IMG/VR virus record: IMGVR_UViG_3300037264_000296 | Coordinates: 1 to 59,648 of that record | From: a virus | Lineage: Duplodnaviria; Caudoviricetes | Direction: 5' to 3' (one strand) | Length of the DNA stretch: 59,648 nucleotides | Shown here: positions 12,401 through 20,694 of the stretch, in pieces | Layout of the letters: the number at the start of each line of letters is the position of its first letter | Position numbering within the stretch: the stretch's first letter is position 1 | Position numbers and translations under genes: made by a program | Notes under the pieces: model-generated | The model's input: only the letters and a program-made list of their open reading frames with translations | What the model was told of the DNA's origin: nothing | The model's database searches: none

Positions 12401-15400
12401 CTGAAGATCATATTGGTAATATTGAATCTAATAAAGGATTATTGTCTTCTACAATGTCTATGCTTGATTCTTGGAAAGAATTAAATAGTTTAGGTGCAGT
12501 AGTTTATTTCTATTATAAAAAAATGTATCAAGGCAGATACCAAGGAGTTGGTTCAGGACATCCACAAACTAATAAATTAGTTAGATGGACTAGATCATTA
12601 TGGAAAGGTGAAGTTAAAAAAGATTATTCAGATCCAGTATTTAAACAGTTTATGCAAGCTGTTATAGAAGGATTTAAAAAGAAACCTTCTCAAATGACTG
12701 ATGCTGAAATACAGGATTCTTTTATTGAAATATATGAAAAACATATTCCTGTATTAAATTTAATTAATGAAGATACTCTTACTGAAGAAGAGAAAGATAC
12801 TATTGTACAAGCTATACATGCTGGTGGTGAGAAGTATCATACTATGGCTGTATTAGCTGCATTGTCTGAGTATCATTCAACTATTGGAGATACATTTACA
12901 ACTACACTAATGAGAGAGATTGATGGTATTACTAATGGTCCTCTTATCTCATTAATTATGATGTCTGGAGTAAAACAAACTTTTTTTGAAGGAAAACCTG
13001 TAGCTGTACATATTGAAGAATTACAAGCAGGAGGTGTATCTATTACAGGAGAATCCTACTTAGATTTTGTTAAAAACAACCCTGATACTAATGATATGTA
13101 TAAGATTGTCGCAAGATATATTAATATATATATATCTGAATTAAATGAAACATTACCTTTAATAATTAGAGAAGGTAAAAATAGATTTTTAAAAGATGTG
13201 CGAACTCCGTTACAACAACGTATTGCTATTATGGATGCACATCCTAATAGAATAGAACCTCAAGTATGGTTAAATGCAGTTCATAATCTTGTAGGTATTA
13301 TTGATAGAGGATTTGCTAAGAATCCTACTACAGTATTTATCTTTGGTGGTTCAACTATTAAAATTGCTGCTAATGTAGCAAGTAAAGTATTATTTGATAT
13401 TAATAATAAATTATTAGCAATATCTAAAATAGAAGATGAAGTAACTCAATTAGATGCTGTAAAAGAATTACATGCTAACTTATTTAATAGTATTGGTTTA
13501 CCAATTAATCTATTAACTGAATATACTAAAGCTCCTAATAAGAAAACATTCTTACTAAACTGGCAATTAACTAAACCACAAAAAACTATACTTAGAAATA
13601 GTGTAATAGCTACTTATACTCCTGTAATTGATAATGCAGTTAAAACTGTATTTGCTAGATTATTAGAGAATAGAAAGTTAGTAAACAATGTTTATCAATT
13701 AACTAATAAAATATTCAAACATGAGTTTGAAAGAAAAATAGATGAGTTAGTTAAACAAGGTATTACTATTACTGCGGAAGATATTGATAATATTCTTTTA
13801 GAGTTACAACCTCTAATGCCTGATATTGCTATATTCAATGCTGAAGATATTAAAGAACAGAGACTTCAATTATGGAAACCTGAATCAGCTAAACAAGGTA
13901 AAGCAGATTATAAAGTACAAATAAACAGTCCTAAAGATTCTAAACCAATGACTATGATGGGATTAGATGAACAAGGAAATGTATTTGAGTCTTATATTAT
14001 CAATGAAGGTACTGATAACGAAATAGAAATTCATGTACCTCAATCTGCTTCTGCTTATGCTAAAGATATGATTATTGCTGCTATGAGTGTAAGAGCACCA
14101 ATTACTTCTACACATAATGCTGATAGTCATGTAATACAACAACTACTTAAACTAAACCAACAAGTATTAGGAATACATGATGCTTCTATGATGGGATTAG
14201 ATAGAGTAGAAGAAGTATCAAGAGGAATGAATGAAGCATTGTTTAATTTACTTGCTAACTATAATTACTTTAATGAAGTATATAAGCATTTAGAAAGAGT
14301 CAAATCATATAATAAAAAGAATATTAATTCTTGGTTTAATGGTACGGTAAACAGAGTTAATGCTAAAGCAGAAGGATTACTTAGTGAAGTAAATGAAGAA
14401 GCACGTCCTGTAGATATTACTCGTGAAATAGTAGGTTCTTGGAATACTGTTTGGGTTAGAGATCCAGAGACTAGAAGAAATGTACAACGTATTGCATATA
14501 ATTCATTTGATGAGTTTATTGCTTATTTTAAAGATAAATCTGAAGAGTTATATAAAGAATTACAAGACAATGTAATCACTCCTATTAAACAAGGAGGTTC
14601 ATTTGGTAACTATAGTGGTCAATATCCATTTGTACCTGTATATACTCCTACAGGTAGTACAGAAGAACAAATAGTATCTATTATTGAATCTGGATTAAAT
14701 CAAGGTAATACAAATACTAAACCAGAAATTAAACCAAGTGAAAGTAATGAAATATATTCTCAGTTAGGTAACAAAACTAAATCTACAAATGTAGTTATTA
14801 CATCTTGGAGTAATTTAAAAGGAGTAACTAAAGCTATTACACCTAATGGTGTTGTAGCTACAAGAATATATAATTCTAATGAACATTTTGGTAATCCTTT
14901 TAGTCATGATCCTGCTGGTAAAACACAAGGACTTATTCAAACAGAAACTATACAAGAAGCTGTTGAAAGATATATTGATTGGGTAATTAACTCAAGTGAT
15001 ATTAGAGCTAATTGGATTAGAGCACAGTTGCAATCTGGAGTACTAAAAGGTAAACCAATTCTATATTACAAAGAGTTAGGAGAACCATCTCATGCTACAG
15101 CTTTAGATTATTTAATCAATAAGTATGATTGGGGTAATAAACCAAGTGAAGATACTTCTACTAAAGTAGGATTTACACTTAAAGGTAAGCCAGGAATATA
15201 TGCTAGTTTGCTTAGAAAAGACCAAGGTAAAGCGAATATAGTTAATGCATACATTGGGTATGGTATTAAAGGATCGTCTACTGAAGCTTATTTAAATGAT
15301 GCTCAAGGTAATGTTCCAACTAATGAAAGCATTAATCCAACTAAAGATACTATTGCATTTGTAAGTATTAATGGTAATAAACAATTAACTCCAGAAAATA

Positions 15401-18400
15401 AAACTAAAACATTAGAACAAATTAAAAGAGTTTTAAATGCAGGTGGAGTTATTGTTATGGATAATTCTAGGATTGCTAATAGTATTCATAACAAATCTGG
15501 TGAAGGGGTTATTCAACAAGAGATTCAATCTATTCCTGGAATAGGTATGATGGAAGTAAACGGTAATAATCAATATAAGATGATTAATACTTCTACTCAA
15601 ACCAATGAAGATAATAACTTTGTTTTAACTAAAGATAAAATTCAAAAATTAAAAGATTTTATTAATAAGTATATTAATTCTTCTGATACTTATAAAGTAT
15701 CTGATTTAATAGATAAAGTTAAATTATTAAATCCTGAGTTTAAAGATTTAGATATTTTAAAATATATGTATGGCAGTCTGTTATCTACATATTATTCTGA
15801 TGAGAATCAAAAGAAAGATTTTAATGTTGGAAACAAAACTCCTGATATGTTTTATCAACATAAAAACTATTGGGAGAGTAGAAAGAATTATGGACTTAAA
15901 TTAGTTAAAGATAATCAATCTGGAAAAGCTAAGATTATTTCTATAAACAATAATCCTAATCTTGGTTCACAAGAATCTACTACAACTAATTTATTTCAAA
16001 ACCCATTAGGTAATATTGACTCTACTAATGTGTTAGATACTGCTGAGAGATTAGAGAATTTAGGTAATGTAAGAGATGAAGATACTCATACAACGCATTT
16101 AAAGAGCATTCTAGGAGGCTTTATATCTAAGGTACTACAACCATTGCAGTACTTTGAAATGACTTCACCAGAAGCGAATATAGGCGAATATGATCCATCA
16201 GGTAAAATAGGTTTAAACATATCTAATGCTCCTATAGCTCCTACAGTTAAAGTACCTATGAGTGCATTAACTACATTCGTACATGAGTTAGTTCATGGTG
16301 TTACTGCTAGTGCTTTATTCGATCCTAAGAATAGTATCTTAAGAAGTAGAGTACAAAAGATATTCAATCATATTGAAAGGAATATATCTAATGAAGATAA
16401 AGAAAAGTATTCTCATATCTTTGCTAATAAGAATAAAACACAATTAGCAAATGGTACATTTGTTAATCATGGTTTAGCTGAATTAATAGCATTTGCTGAA
16501 ACTGAACCAATGTTTAGAGAATTACTTAATTCATTACCTAAAATGACTGTAGGTAAGATTACAGAGACTTGGGATGAATCTAAAGAGAAGTTTATAGAAG
16601 CTAATCTATTAGAGATTATATCTAATGTATTTAATAAGATTATGGTTTGGTGGAATGATAAAATTAAAGGTGAACATTCTACGGATGTATTAACTCAGTT
16701 ACATACTTTAACAGTACAGTTATCTACAGCACATCTTAAAGCTAAAAGTACTATTTATGACTTTAAATTACTTTCTGATAAGTCAGATAACTTTGTATTA
16801 AATAAATTACATAGATTATTAGTAGAACCATTACTTAAATTATTAGGTAATAATTACTTTACTTTAAATCCAAATAAGAATGCAGCAGCAATGTCTAACT
16901 CTGCAAGAGACTTACTTAATGCTCCTGGTAGTGCTAAAGCAAAAGTAGATAAGCTATTTGAATTCACAGATATTATGAAGAAGAATTTAAATATATCTGA
17001 AGAGCATTGGCTTACTTATTCATTAAATGAAATTACAGGACAGATAGCTGTAGGTAACTTTACTCAAGCTCTTAATATGACTAAGAAGTTAAGAGATAAA
17101 GTTGTAGCTATTATTCAGAATACAATCTCTTCTAATTTAAGAGCTGGATTTAAAACCAATCTAACTAAACAATTAGATAGAGTTGTTTACAACACTTTAT
17201 TAAAAACAGATTTAAGTTCATTACAAGATTATTATAAAGATGATTTATTAAATATGTTTGATGGTTCTAAACGTAAAGTAGAACAAGAGAAACTTAAGAA
17301 AGAAATTCTTAATAATAAGAATGGTAAATTGTACTTAGGACATACTTACAATACAGCATTCTTTATGGTTCATAACCAAGCTACTAAATCATTCCAGCAT
17401 AGTACATTAATGAATGCTACTCAGATTTATAATATGTATGGTTCAAACTTTAAACCAGTAGGCGATAAAGATAGTACAGTAGAGTTGATAGATAAATTGA
17501 TTGGTTTGTATACTTTAGATCTTGTAAACCAAGAAGAATTAAATACTCTTAAAGATTTGTTTAATACTGATAGTCATGGTTTAAATATGTCTATGGAAGT
17601 TCATAGACAACAGAAAGAACATCACTTAAATGATATTCTTAAAGGTAATAAGAGTTTAGTTGTTAAAGGTTCTACTAAAGAATTAACTAATCCAAATAGA
17701 CAAATTATTATTGCTACTGCTGCTGAAGAAGAGAAACTTAAGTTAAACCATTACACTAAAGGTAATAAGATTGTTTATGAAGGTAAAGAGTTATATGTTT
17801 ATCATTCTAAGTTTAGATTAATGCAACCTTGGGTTCAAGGTATTATCTCATATACTCACATGAATAATATCTTAAGTGATATGAAAGGAGTAATGAAGCA
17901 ATCTGATGGATTAGATCAAATTATTCAAGATGGAAAATTAGATGCTTCAGCTAAGATTAAAACTATGAAAGAGAATGAAGCTAATGCTAATAAAACAGTA
18001 TTTGATACTACTGAAGCTGACTATACTCTTAATCCAGTATTCAATGGTAAAGGATATGTAAGTAAACATTCATTTATGTTAAGTAATCAAGATAAAGAAA
18101 ACTTACTTGATATGAATACTAACTTTACTCATGTATTAGGAGCTATGGTAGCTAATATTACTGATAAACTTAATACACAAAGACTTAATGATGAATCAGC
18201 TAAGATGCTTATTAAGAATAGAATGGATAATCTTGAGACTAAAGGTATTCAATGGATTACTTTAAGTAAAGATGCTAAGACTAAGAATGAAAGAGATATT
18301 TGGAATAAATTAACACCTGAATTTAAGAAAACTATATTAGATTTGTCTGGTTCAAATGAAGTAGTTGTTAATGCTAAGTTATTAAAGATGATATTTGGAC

Positions 18401-19446
18401 AACGTAAGTTATCTTTATCAGATTTCTTTAGACCTGCTGATGAACAAGAGTTAAGTACATTTGTTAAATACTTTGGTTCACAGCTATATCCATATATTAA
18501 GAAAGTTAATTTAGATAGAGGTACTCAAATATGGCAAGAAGGAATTGGTTATCTTAAAGATCAATTGGTTGTTAAATCTGGTACTGTATTAGGTGGTAAT
18601 GAAGTAAGTAATGCATGGATAGCTTACATGGAAGGCATGACACTTATACAGTACTTTAAAGCTAAGATTGAAGCACTTAGATTAGTTATTGGTTATCATA
18701 AATTACAATCTCAAATAAATGATATTGAGTATTTACTTAAATATGATAAAGAAATGAGTTCTACTATGAGAACTAACCTTGAAACCAAGTTAAGTAATAT
18801 TTCTAGTCTAGCTAATAATAGCTTAGTTAAAAAATATGACATTGCTGGTCAAATGAAAACTATTGTTGATGAGATTGGTGAAGATGAGAATTTGTGGAGT
18901 TTTAGAAATGAAGTCTTTGAGAATAGAATTAAATCTGTTACTGATAAACTACCTAAACCAATAAAAACTATTGGTAGAGAAGTATTTATGACACATGATA
19001 CAAAAATGTATCAGTTAATGAGAGACCTAACTCAGATGTCTGATTTAACGTCTAGGATTGCTGTAGGCGAGTTTAAACAGTCACATGGTATGACTGAGAA
19101 GGAAGCATTACAATTGGTTGATGAAGCGTTTATTAACTACGATATACCATCACATCAGAATGTACAATTTGCTGCTGATATGGGATTGTTTATGTTTAAT
19201 AAATTCTTCTTTAGGATTCAGTCAGTAATAGCTAGAGAAGTAGGACAACATCCTGCTAGATTCTTAACATTACTTGGTATGGAACAAGTGTTTGGAGCAC
19301 AAGAAGCAATCCATCATTCTCTTATGACTCCAGATGAGTTAATAGGACATGTTAGTAACCCATTGAAACTTCCTTATGCAATATGGGATTCTAACTTTTA
19401 CAACTGGTTATTTAGTTTTCATGCTCCTGTTTATCAACCTGTGTAG
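6448..19446 (+). CDS. Virion-encapsidated RNA polymerase (N4 gp50-like) with extra domains
   Basis: 4332 aa, no Cys found on reading; motif A REIDGITNG, motif B RGFAKNPTTVFIFG, motif C GIHDA; HELVH motif; C-terminal AFINYD...GLFMFNKFFFRIQ. Confidence 0.95.
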   Translation: MPSLLSDNPLLSFNSLLPDDASNKANELLDKLNQKKVALGKQYVDYDNLEVVDGDTVHKKDTGEQFRLQFDKSGYSIDPYETNHGDIFTAKEDTQKKLARQRQYLLEQTNKDKWFDFTKANPEDITNEMIFAKGEEAKQRLNNALKGKKGIELNTWGEDIFHRGLTDIRLDGSQDSLLSEINTPELNTGYNQKYNSIQKLKDSLNKNAVMQDVGDIATNIASRTVGLTGLPAELIDMGSGAVTAIANKLGADLNEPLSYTKALADGVEIPFTDGFRVGFDPNRAAKTIKETLQSNEAVANEVEYAKRKADAIRTKGDELSFGEEFGLSMKFMGDHPKYAIDAVAESIPDFFLMGAAAKRVAGKVAETALKEAGLTITDVGAKDVLATAYKANKGRILGASALSEGIISAGSDYQGLIDEGVKSTKAALPSIAAGAAVSLINLGLGHSPLGDAITKFVTKDASNAAKETLKGALTKTLVSVGSESIEEGLQSPAETILTNVAREKANLLEGAGYSAAEGTVSGGILGGGMTASHTSLDALKSSLNARREAKQEELAKATANPMKDATDALNSYNSVDTPSPEMNDSLVKAATDLGIDIKDKPINEIHDEVTKATKYSSVEDYQAIKGMDSDTDLNEHITKVVGSKVSNDVQIDVLEQLQKKDPTSFETRKEELQPKLDKLYQQSTTKDDPNLIADNIHTSKLSPLATASIQAIDKEANKLTSKDPEVISKIEPTLLLEHTARIVNEAGKVDLKDTTTKEEYRNAVNVSLNGYWVVAASTGNITEEKAQEHLNRVQRTLANLESHIVNNTDMTNKEDINLLIKSNYGSVAPEELTPENKKSVPTEDLIKASKDTTDKIKAARATTTLKLRGVYSQLEDKLKKVPGIFNQVIKEVFEGTGDKPAIKEHQLLIMAAMDSDKLSSKAATKTALNDFGKWINYHSEKQIELTKVNQAIIKHGVDSQQAIDALVDLNTWAKSKNVVDIEGNAREYKISKKNGKLKFGNLTEQVTLEAKAMQIAFHALKDEASAKFGKEDLPDAMSHLLDTEVVTTPVVSEEDNSTVQTEEDLANRFNEEQPSNTTEPSNPNKNKDKFTPTHTLTNSKGTRTIVVQEIKDDYLNTVWRTEDGGNIHNIENWIGDGWVISKIKTETKSKEESIFSKLKKELAGLKAYILVDILSGLKTFKAIYRGERVSLLDLENEILRLRKKANKGELTKQDLINTYILWVTDTRIQMSISEESVKNNQQLYVDMLDEIVSSLKESDFASDTEVEIINVQEQISANESFGKQTNTAEEVELYVKTKEELKNKLASLKEKLTLETSTEEVTPTEEAKPVEDNSTVTEETTQSEQDTLQDESEIPPITDEEFQSMYDSYQEEIQDEESNVEPLTAKQLQSIFNNIIGLIKANKIATTNPIEMASKILTHLFKTDLSLSDVKDKMENYILPGINDKTIKDNTNKDYLFGLELGREEANNKFLEWQDKRLNELANAKTDTQEANPDVNPEFFKEKLNSKGGKFRLFFTIKGSKKYIPFIKVESPIKNVTNLVPLETVVDSKNKELPIKYYLFNKFVNTAGVGRLYSKALGLLKDSTKETVFTKYPDLFRNLENNVHIISQLKSIEGKVAIDTIAEFVEQFHNEYVKANTKISDTIDRKKFTSEVGKKFSKDIQAQLAVFNKDNSEVDLNVEALLKHFEGNSDVTRFINKFAKVLLNVESNPSLLLHNDDEVIDRNITAQLALHALSWMINTGTKTLYTEREMTLHMLGKEEATAPSDEAMAALSTMGLVRGYVANQMSGSIVNYMGFKPNDYIPKEMFPKFETALGLSAIDTLERMGYVEYKGIPQASMNAFMTGEDTVSRGYTSESSILKDATIFVRIKSDLAKNNEPILVKHVRELFDKVRPGNKEIQDIFSIELVETEYSATPWERSKLLQMLGERNGILTFGNSRTQYAKDDRKAALNGAKSAFDNRTAANDLANKLGDEFLKEINFEKKLDAEDHIGNIESNKGLLSSTMSMLDSWKELNSLGAVVYFYYKKMYQGRYQGVGSGHPQTNKLVRWTRSLWKGEVKKDYSDPVFKQFMQAVIEGFKKKPSQMTDAEIQDSFIEIYEKHIPVLNLINEDTLTEEEKDTIVQAIHAGGEKYHTMAVLAALSEYHSTIGDTFTTTLMREIDGITNGPLISLIMMSGVKQTFFEGKPVAVHIEELQAGGVSITGESYLDFVKNNPDTNDMYKIVARYINIYISELNETLPLIIREGKNRFLKDVRTPLQQRIAIMDAHPNRIEPQVWLNAVHNLVGIIDRGFAKNPTTVFIFGGSTIKIAANVASKVLFDINNKLLAISKIEDEVTQLDAVKELHANLFNSIGLPINLLTEYTKAPNKKTFLLNWQLTKPQKTILRNSVIATYTPVIDNAVKTVFARLLENRKLVNNVYQLTNKIFKHEFERKIDELVKQGITITAEDIDNILLELQPLMPDIAIFNAEDIKEQRLQLWKPESAKQGKADYKVQINSPKDSKPMTMMGLDEQGNVFESYIINEGTDNEIEIHVPQSASAYAKDMIIAAMSVRAPITSTHNADSHVIQQLLKLNQQVLGIHDASMMGLDRVEEVSRGMNEALFNLLANYNYFNEVYKHLERVKSYNKKNINSWFNGTVNRVNAKAEGLLSEVNEEARPVDITREIVGSWNTVWVRDPETRRNVQRIAYNSFDEFIAYFKDKSEELYKELQDNVITPIKQGGSFGNYSGQYPFVPVYTPTGSTEEQIVSIIESGLNQGNTNTKPEIKPSESNEIYSQLGNKTKSTNVVITSWSNLKGVTKAITPNGVVATRIYNSNEHFGNPFSHDPAGKTQGLIQTETIQEAVERYIDWVINSSDIRANWIRAQLQSGVLKGKPILYYKELGEPSHATALDYLINKYDWGNKPSEDTSTKVGFTLKGKPGIYASLLRKDQGKANIVNAYIGYGIKGSSTEAYLNDAQGNVPTNESINPTKDTIAFVSINGNKQLTPENKTKTLEQIKRVLNAGGVIVMDNSRIANSIHNKSGEGVIQQEIQSIPGIGMMEVNGNNQYKMINTSTQTNEDNNFVLTKDKIQKLKDFINKYINSSDTYKVSDLIDKVKLLNPEFKDLDILKYMYGSLLSTYYSDENQKKDFNVGNKTPDMFYQHKNYWESRKNYGLKLVKDNQSGKAKIISINNNPNLGSQESTTTNLFQNPLGNIDSTNVLDTAERLENLGNVRDEDTHTTHLKSILGGFISKVLQPLQYFEMTSPEANIGEYDPSGKIGLNISNAPIAPTVKVPMSALTTFVHELVHGVTASALFDPKNSILRSRVQKIFNHIERNISNEDKEKYSHIFANKNKTQLANGTFVNHGLAELIAFAETEPMFRELLNSLPKMTVGKITETWDESKEKFIEANLLEIISNVFNKIMVWWNDKIKGEHSTDVLTQLHTLTVQLSTAHLKAKSTIYDFKLLSDKSDNFVLNKLHRLLVEPLLKLLGNNYFTLNPNKNAAAMSNSARDLLNAPGSAKAKVDKLFEFTDIMKKNLNISEEHWLTYSLNEITGQIAVGNFTQALNMTKKLRDKVVAIIQNTISSNLRAGFKTNLTKQLDRVVYNTLLKTDLSSLQDYYKDDLLNMFDGSKRKVEQEKLKKEILNNKNGKLYLGHTYNTAFFMVHNQATKSFQHSTLMNATQIYNMYGSNFKPVGDKDSTVELIDKLIGLYTLDLVNQEELNTLKDLFNTDSHGLNMSMEVHRQQKEHHLNDILKGNKSLVVKGSTKELTNPNRQIIIATAAEEEKLKLNHYTKGNKIVYEGKELYVYHSKFRLMQPWVQGIISYTHMNNILSDMKGVMKQSDGLDQIIQDGKLDASAKIKTMKENEANANKTVFDTTEADYTLNPVFNGKGYVSKHSFMLSNQDKENLLDMNTNFTHVLGAMVANITDKLNTQRLNDESAKMLIKNRMDNLETKGIQWITLSKDAKTKNERDIWNKLTPEFKKTILDLSGSNEVVVNAKLLKMIFGQRKLSLSDFFRPADEQELSTFVKYFGSQLYPYIKKVNLDRGTQIWQEGIGYLKDQLVVKSGTVLGGNEVSNAWIAYMEGMTLIQYFKAKIEALRLVIGYHKLQSQINDIEYLLKYDKEMSSTMRTNLETKLSNISSLANNSLVKKYDIAGQMKTIVDEIGEDENLWSFRNEVFENRIKSVTDKLPKPIKTIGREVFMTHDTKMYQLMRDLTQMSDLTSRIAVGEFKQSHGMTEKEALQLVDEAFINYDIPSHQNVQFAADMGLFMFNKFFFRIQSVIAREVGQHPARFLTLLGMEQVFGAQEAIHHSLMTPDELIGHVSNPLKLPYAIWDSNFYNWLFSFHAPVYQPV

Positions 19447-19681
19447 TAATGTTATATTTTTCTTTAATAGCTAAAGCTATTCTAACTTGAGATTCTAATT
19501 TAAGGATTTTATCTAGGAAACGTCTTGCTAGATAATTCCCTTGCATTAATGAAGTACCATTAGGAGAAGCTAATAGTTTATTTAAATCATCTGCAAATTC
19601 ATGCATTAATGGTTTATAAACTTTAGCTTCTGTTGGTTCAACATCAAGTATTCTTAAAAATTCAGGTGAAAATATTTCCAT
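19412..19681 (-). CDS. Hypothetical protein; 3' end overlaps the vRNAP 3' end
   Basis: 89-aa ORF coupled to the upstream ATPase stop. Confidence 0.6.
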   Translation of the reverse strand: MEIFSPEFLRILDVEPTEAKVYKPLMHEFADDLNKLLASPNGTSLMQGNYLARRFLDKILKLESQVRIALAIKEKYNITTQVDKQEHEN

Positions 19682-20298
19682 TATATTATCTCCACTAAGG
19701 AATCTCTACTTAATCCAGCTCTTGACTTAACTATTTGTGCTGTTAAGTTACCTTTATCTCTATTAAAAATAAATCCACTATCACATTGTTCTTCCAATGC
19801 TCTAGCACCATAAAAGTGTTGTTCAGCAGATTTAAGCTGTTTATTTTTATACACATGATGAACTAATATAATAGTACATTGTGTTTTAGTAATGATAGCT
19901 TTTAAGCTATTTATAATGTTTAACACATCTGAATTACTATCAGTATCTTTATTCATAAATGATGCCATCATTTTGAATGAATCAATAATAATGATTGTAT
20001 TTGGTTCACTGTTTAACATTAGAGTGCTAAAAAATTCTTCATATTCATCTTCGTTTACAGGAACATTGTACATTTCTTTATCATAGCAAGGAGTTGAGTC
20101 AAAATTAAAATGAACTACTTCATATCCTTCACTTCTCCATTGTTCTGATTTAGCATGTAAAAATGAAGTTTTACCTGTACCTGCTAAAGATGCAATAACA
20201 TTAATACCTGCTTTTATAAACAGATTTTCTTTATCTAAACATGTTACAGGTTTCAAAACACACTTCCCATATTTGCTTTCTACTGGTGGAATTAACAT
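19681..20298 (-). CDS. RecA-fold (DnaB/RepA, AAA_25-like) P-loop ATPase
   Basis: Walker A ASLAGTGKTS, Walker B IIIIDS, ILVHH, YGARALEEQCD, KSR arginine finger. Confidence 0.75.
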   Translation of the reverse strand: MLIPPVESKYGKCVLKPVTCLDKENLFIKAGINVIASLAGTGKTSFLHAKSEQWRSEGYEVVHFNFDSTPCYDKEMYNVPVNEDEYEEFFSTLMLNSEPNTIIIIDSFKMMASFMNKDTDSNSDVLNIINSLKAIITKTQCTIILVHHVYKNKQLKSAEQHFYGARALEEQCDSGFIFNRDKGNLTAQIVKSRAGLSRDSLVEII

Positions 20299-20449
20299 AA
20301 ATTTCCTTAAGACATAAAAAACCTCTAAAATGAGAGTAGTGGTCTCAAATATAGAGGTTTAAAAGTTTTACCTTTTGAATTAAGTCCCCACTACAGGCAT
20401 ACTTCAAAAGACATAAGGATTCTGATATTAGGTAGAATCCTTCCGAAGG

Positions 20450-20478
20450 ATTCTACTATTTTTTTAGTTGAAAGTCAA
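20450..20478 (-). promoter_or_regulatory. Sigma70-type promoter for the ATPase gene
   Basis: Minus strand TTGACT-17 nt-TAGAAT; the -10 lies inside the inverted repeat GTAGAATCCTTC-C-GAAGGATTCTAC. Confidence 0.6.
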
Positions 20479-20479
20479 T

Positions 20480-20517
20480 AAAAAAAACACCTATCAAATA
20501 TTACTCTGATAGGTGTT
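20480..20517 (-). terminator. Intrinsic terminator ending the replication operon
   Basis: AACACCTATCA/TGATAGGTGTT stem followed by a T run on the minus strand. Confidence 0.7.
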
Positions 20518-20523
20518 AAATAT

Positions 20524-20694
20524 TTAGTCCTTATTCTCCTGTTTTTCAGCCTGCTTAATCTCTTCTTCATAAGAAGCTAAAACACAAACTAAAATAATAA
20601 TATCTATAAATGGAGATGCTAGGAAGCCTATACATAAAGCTCCTAGCATTAAACCAACAAAGAAACATGTTTCTACTTTGCTGATAATTTCCAT
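20524..20694 (-). CDS. Small membrane protein (56 aa, not in ORF track)
   Basis: MEIISKVETCFFVGLMLGALCIGFLASPFIDIIIFSLCVLASYEEE...; two hydrophobic stretches. Confidence 0.55.
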   Translation of the reverse strand: MEIISKVETCFFVGLMLGALCIGFLASPFIDIIILVCVLASYEEEIKQAEKQENKD

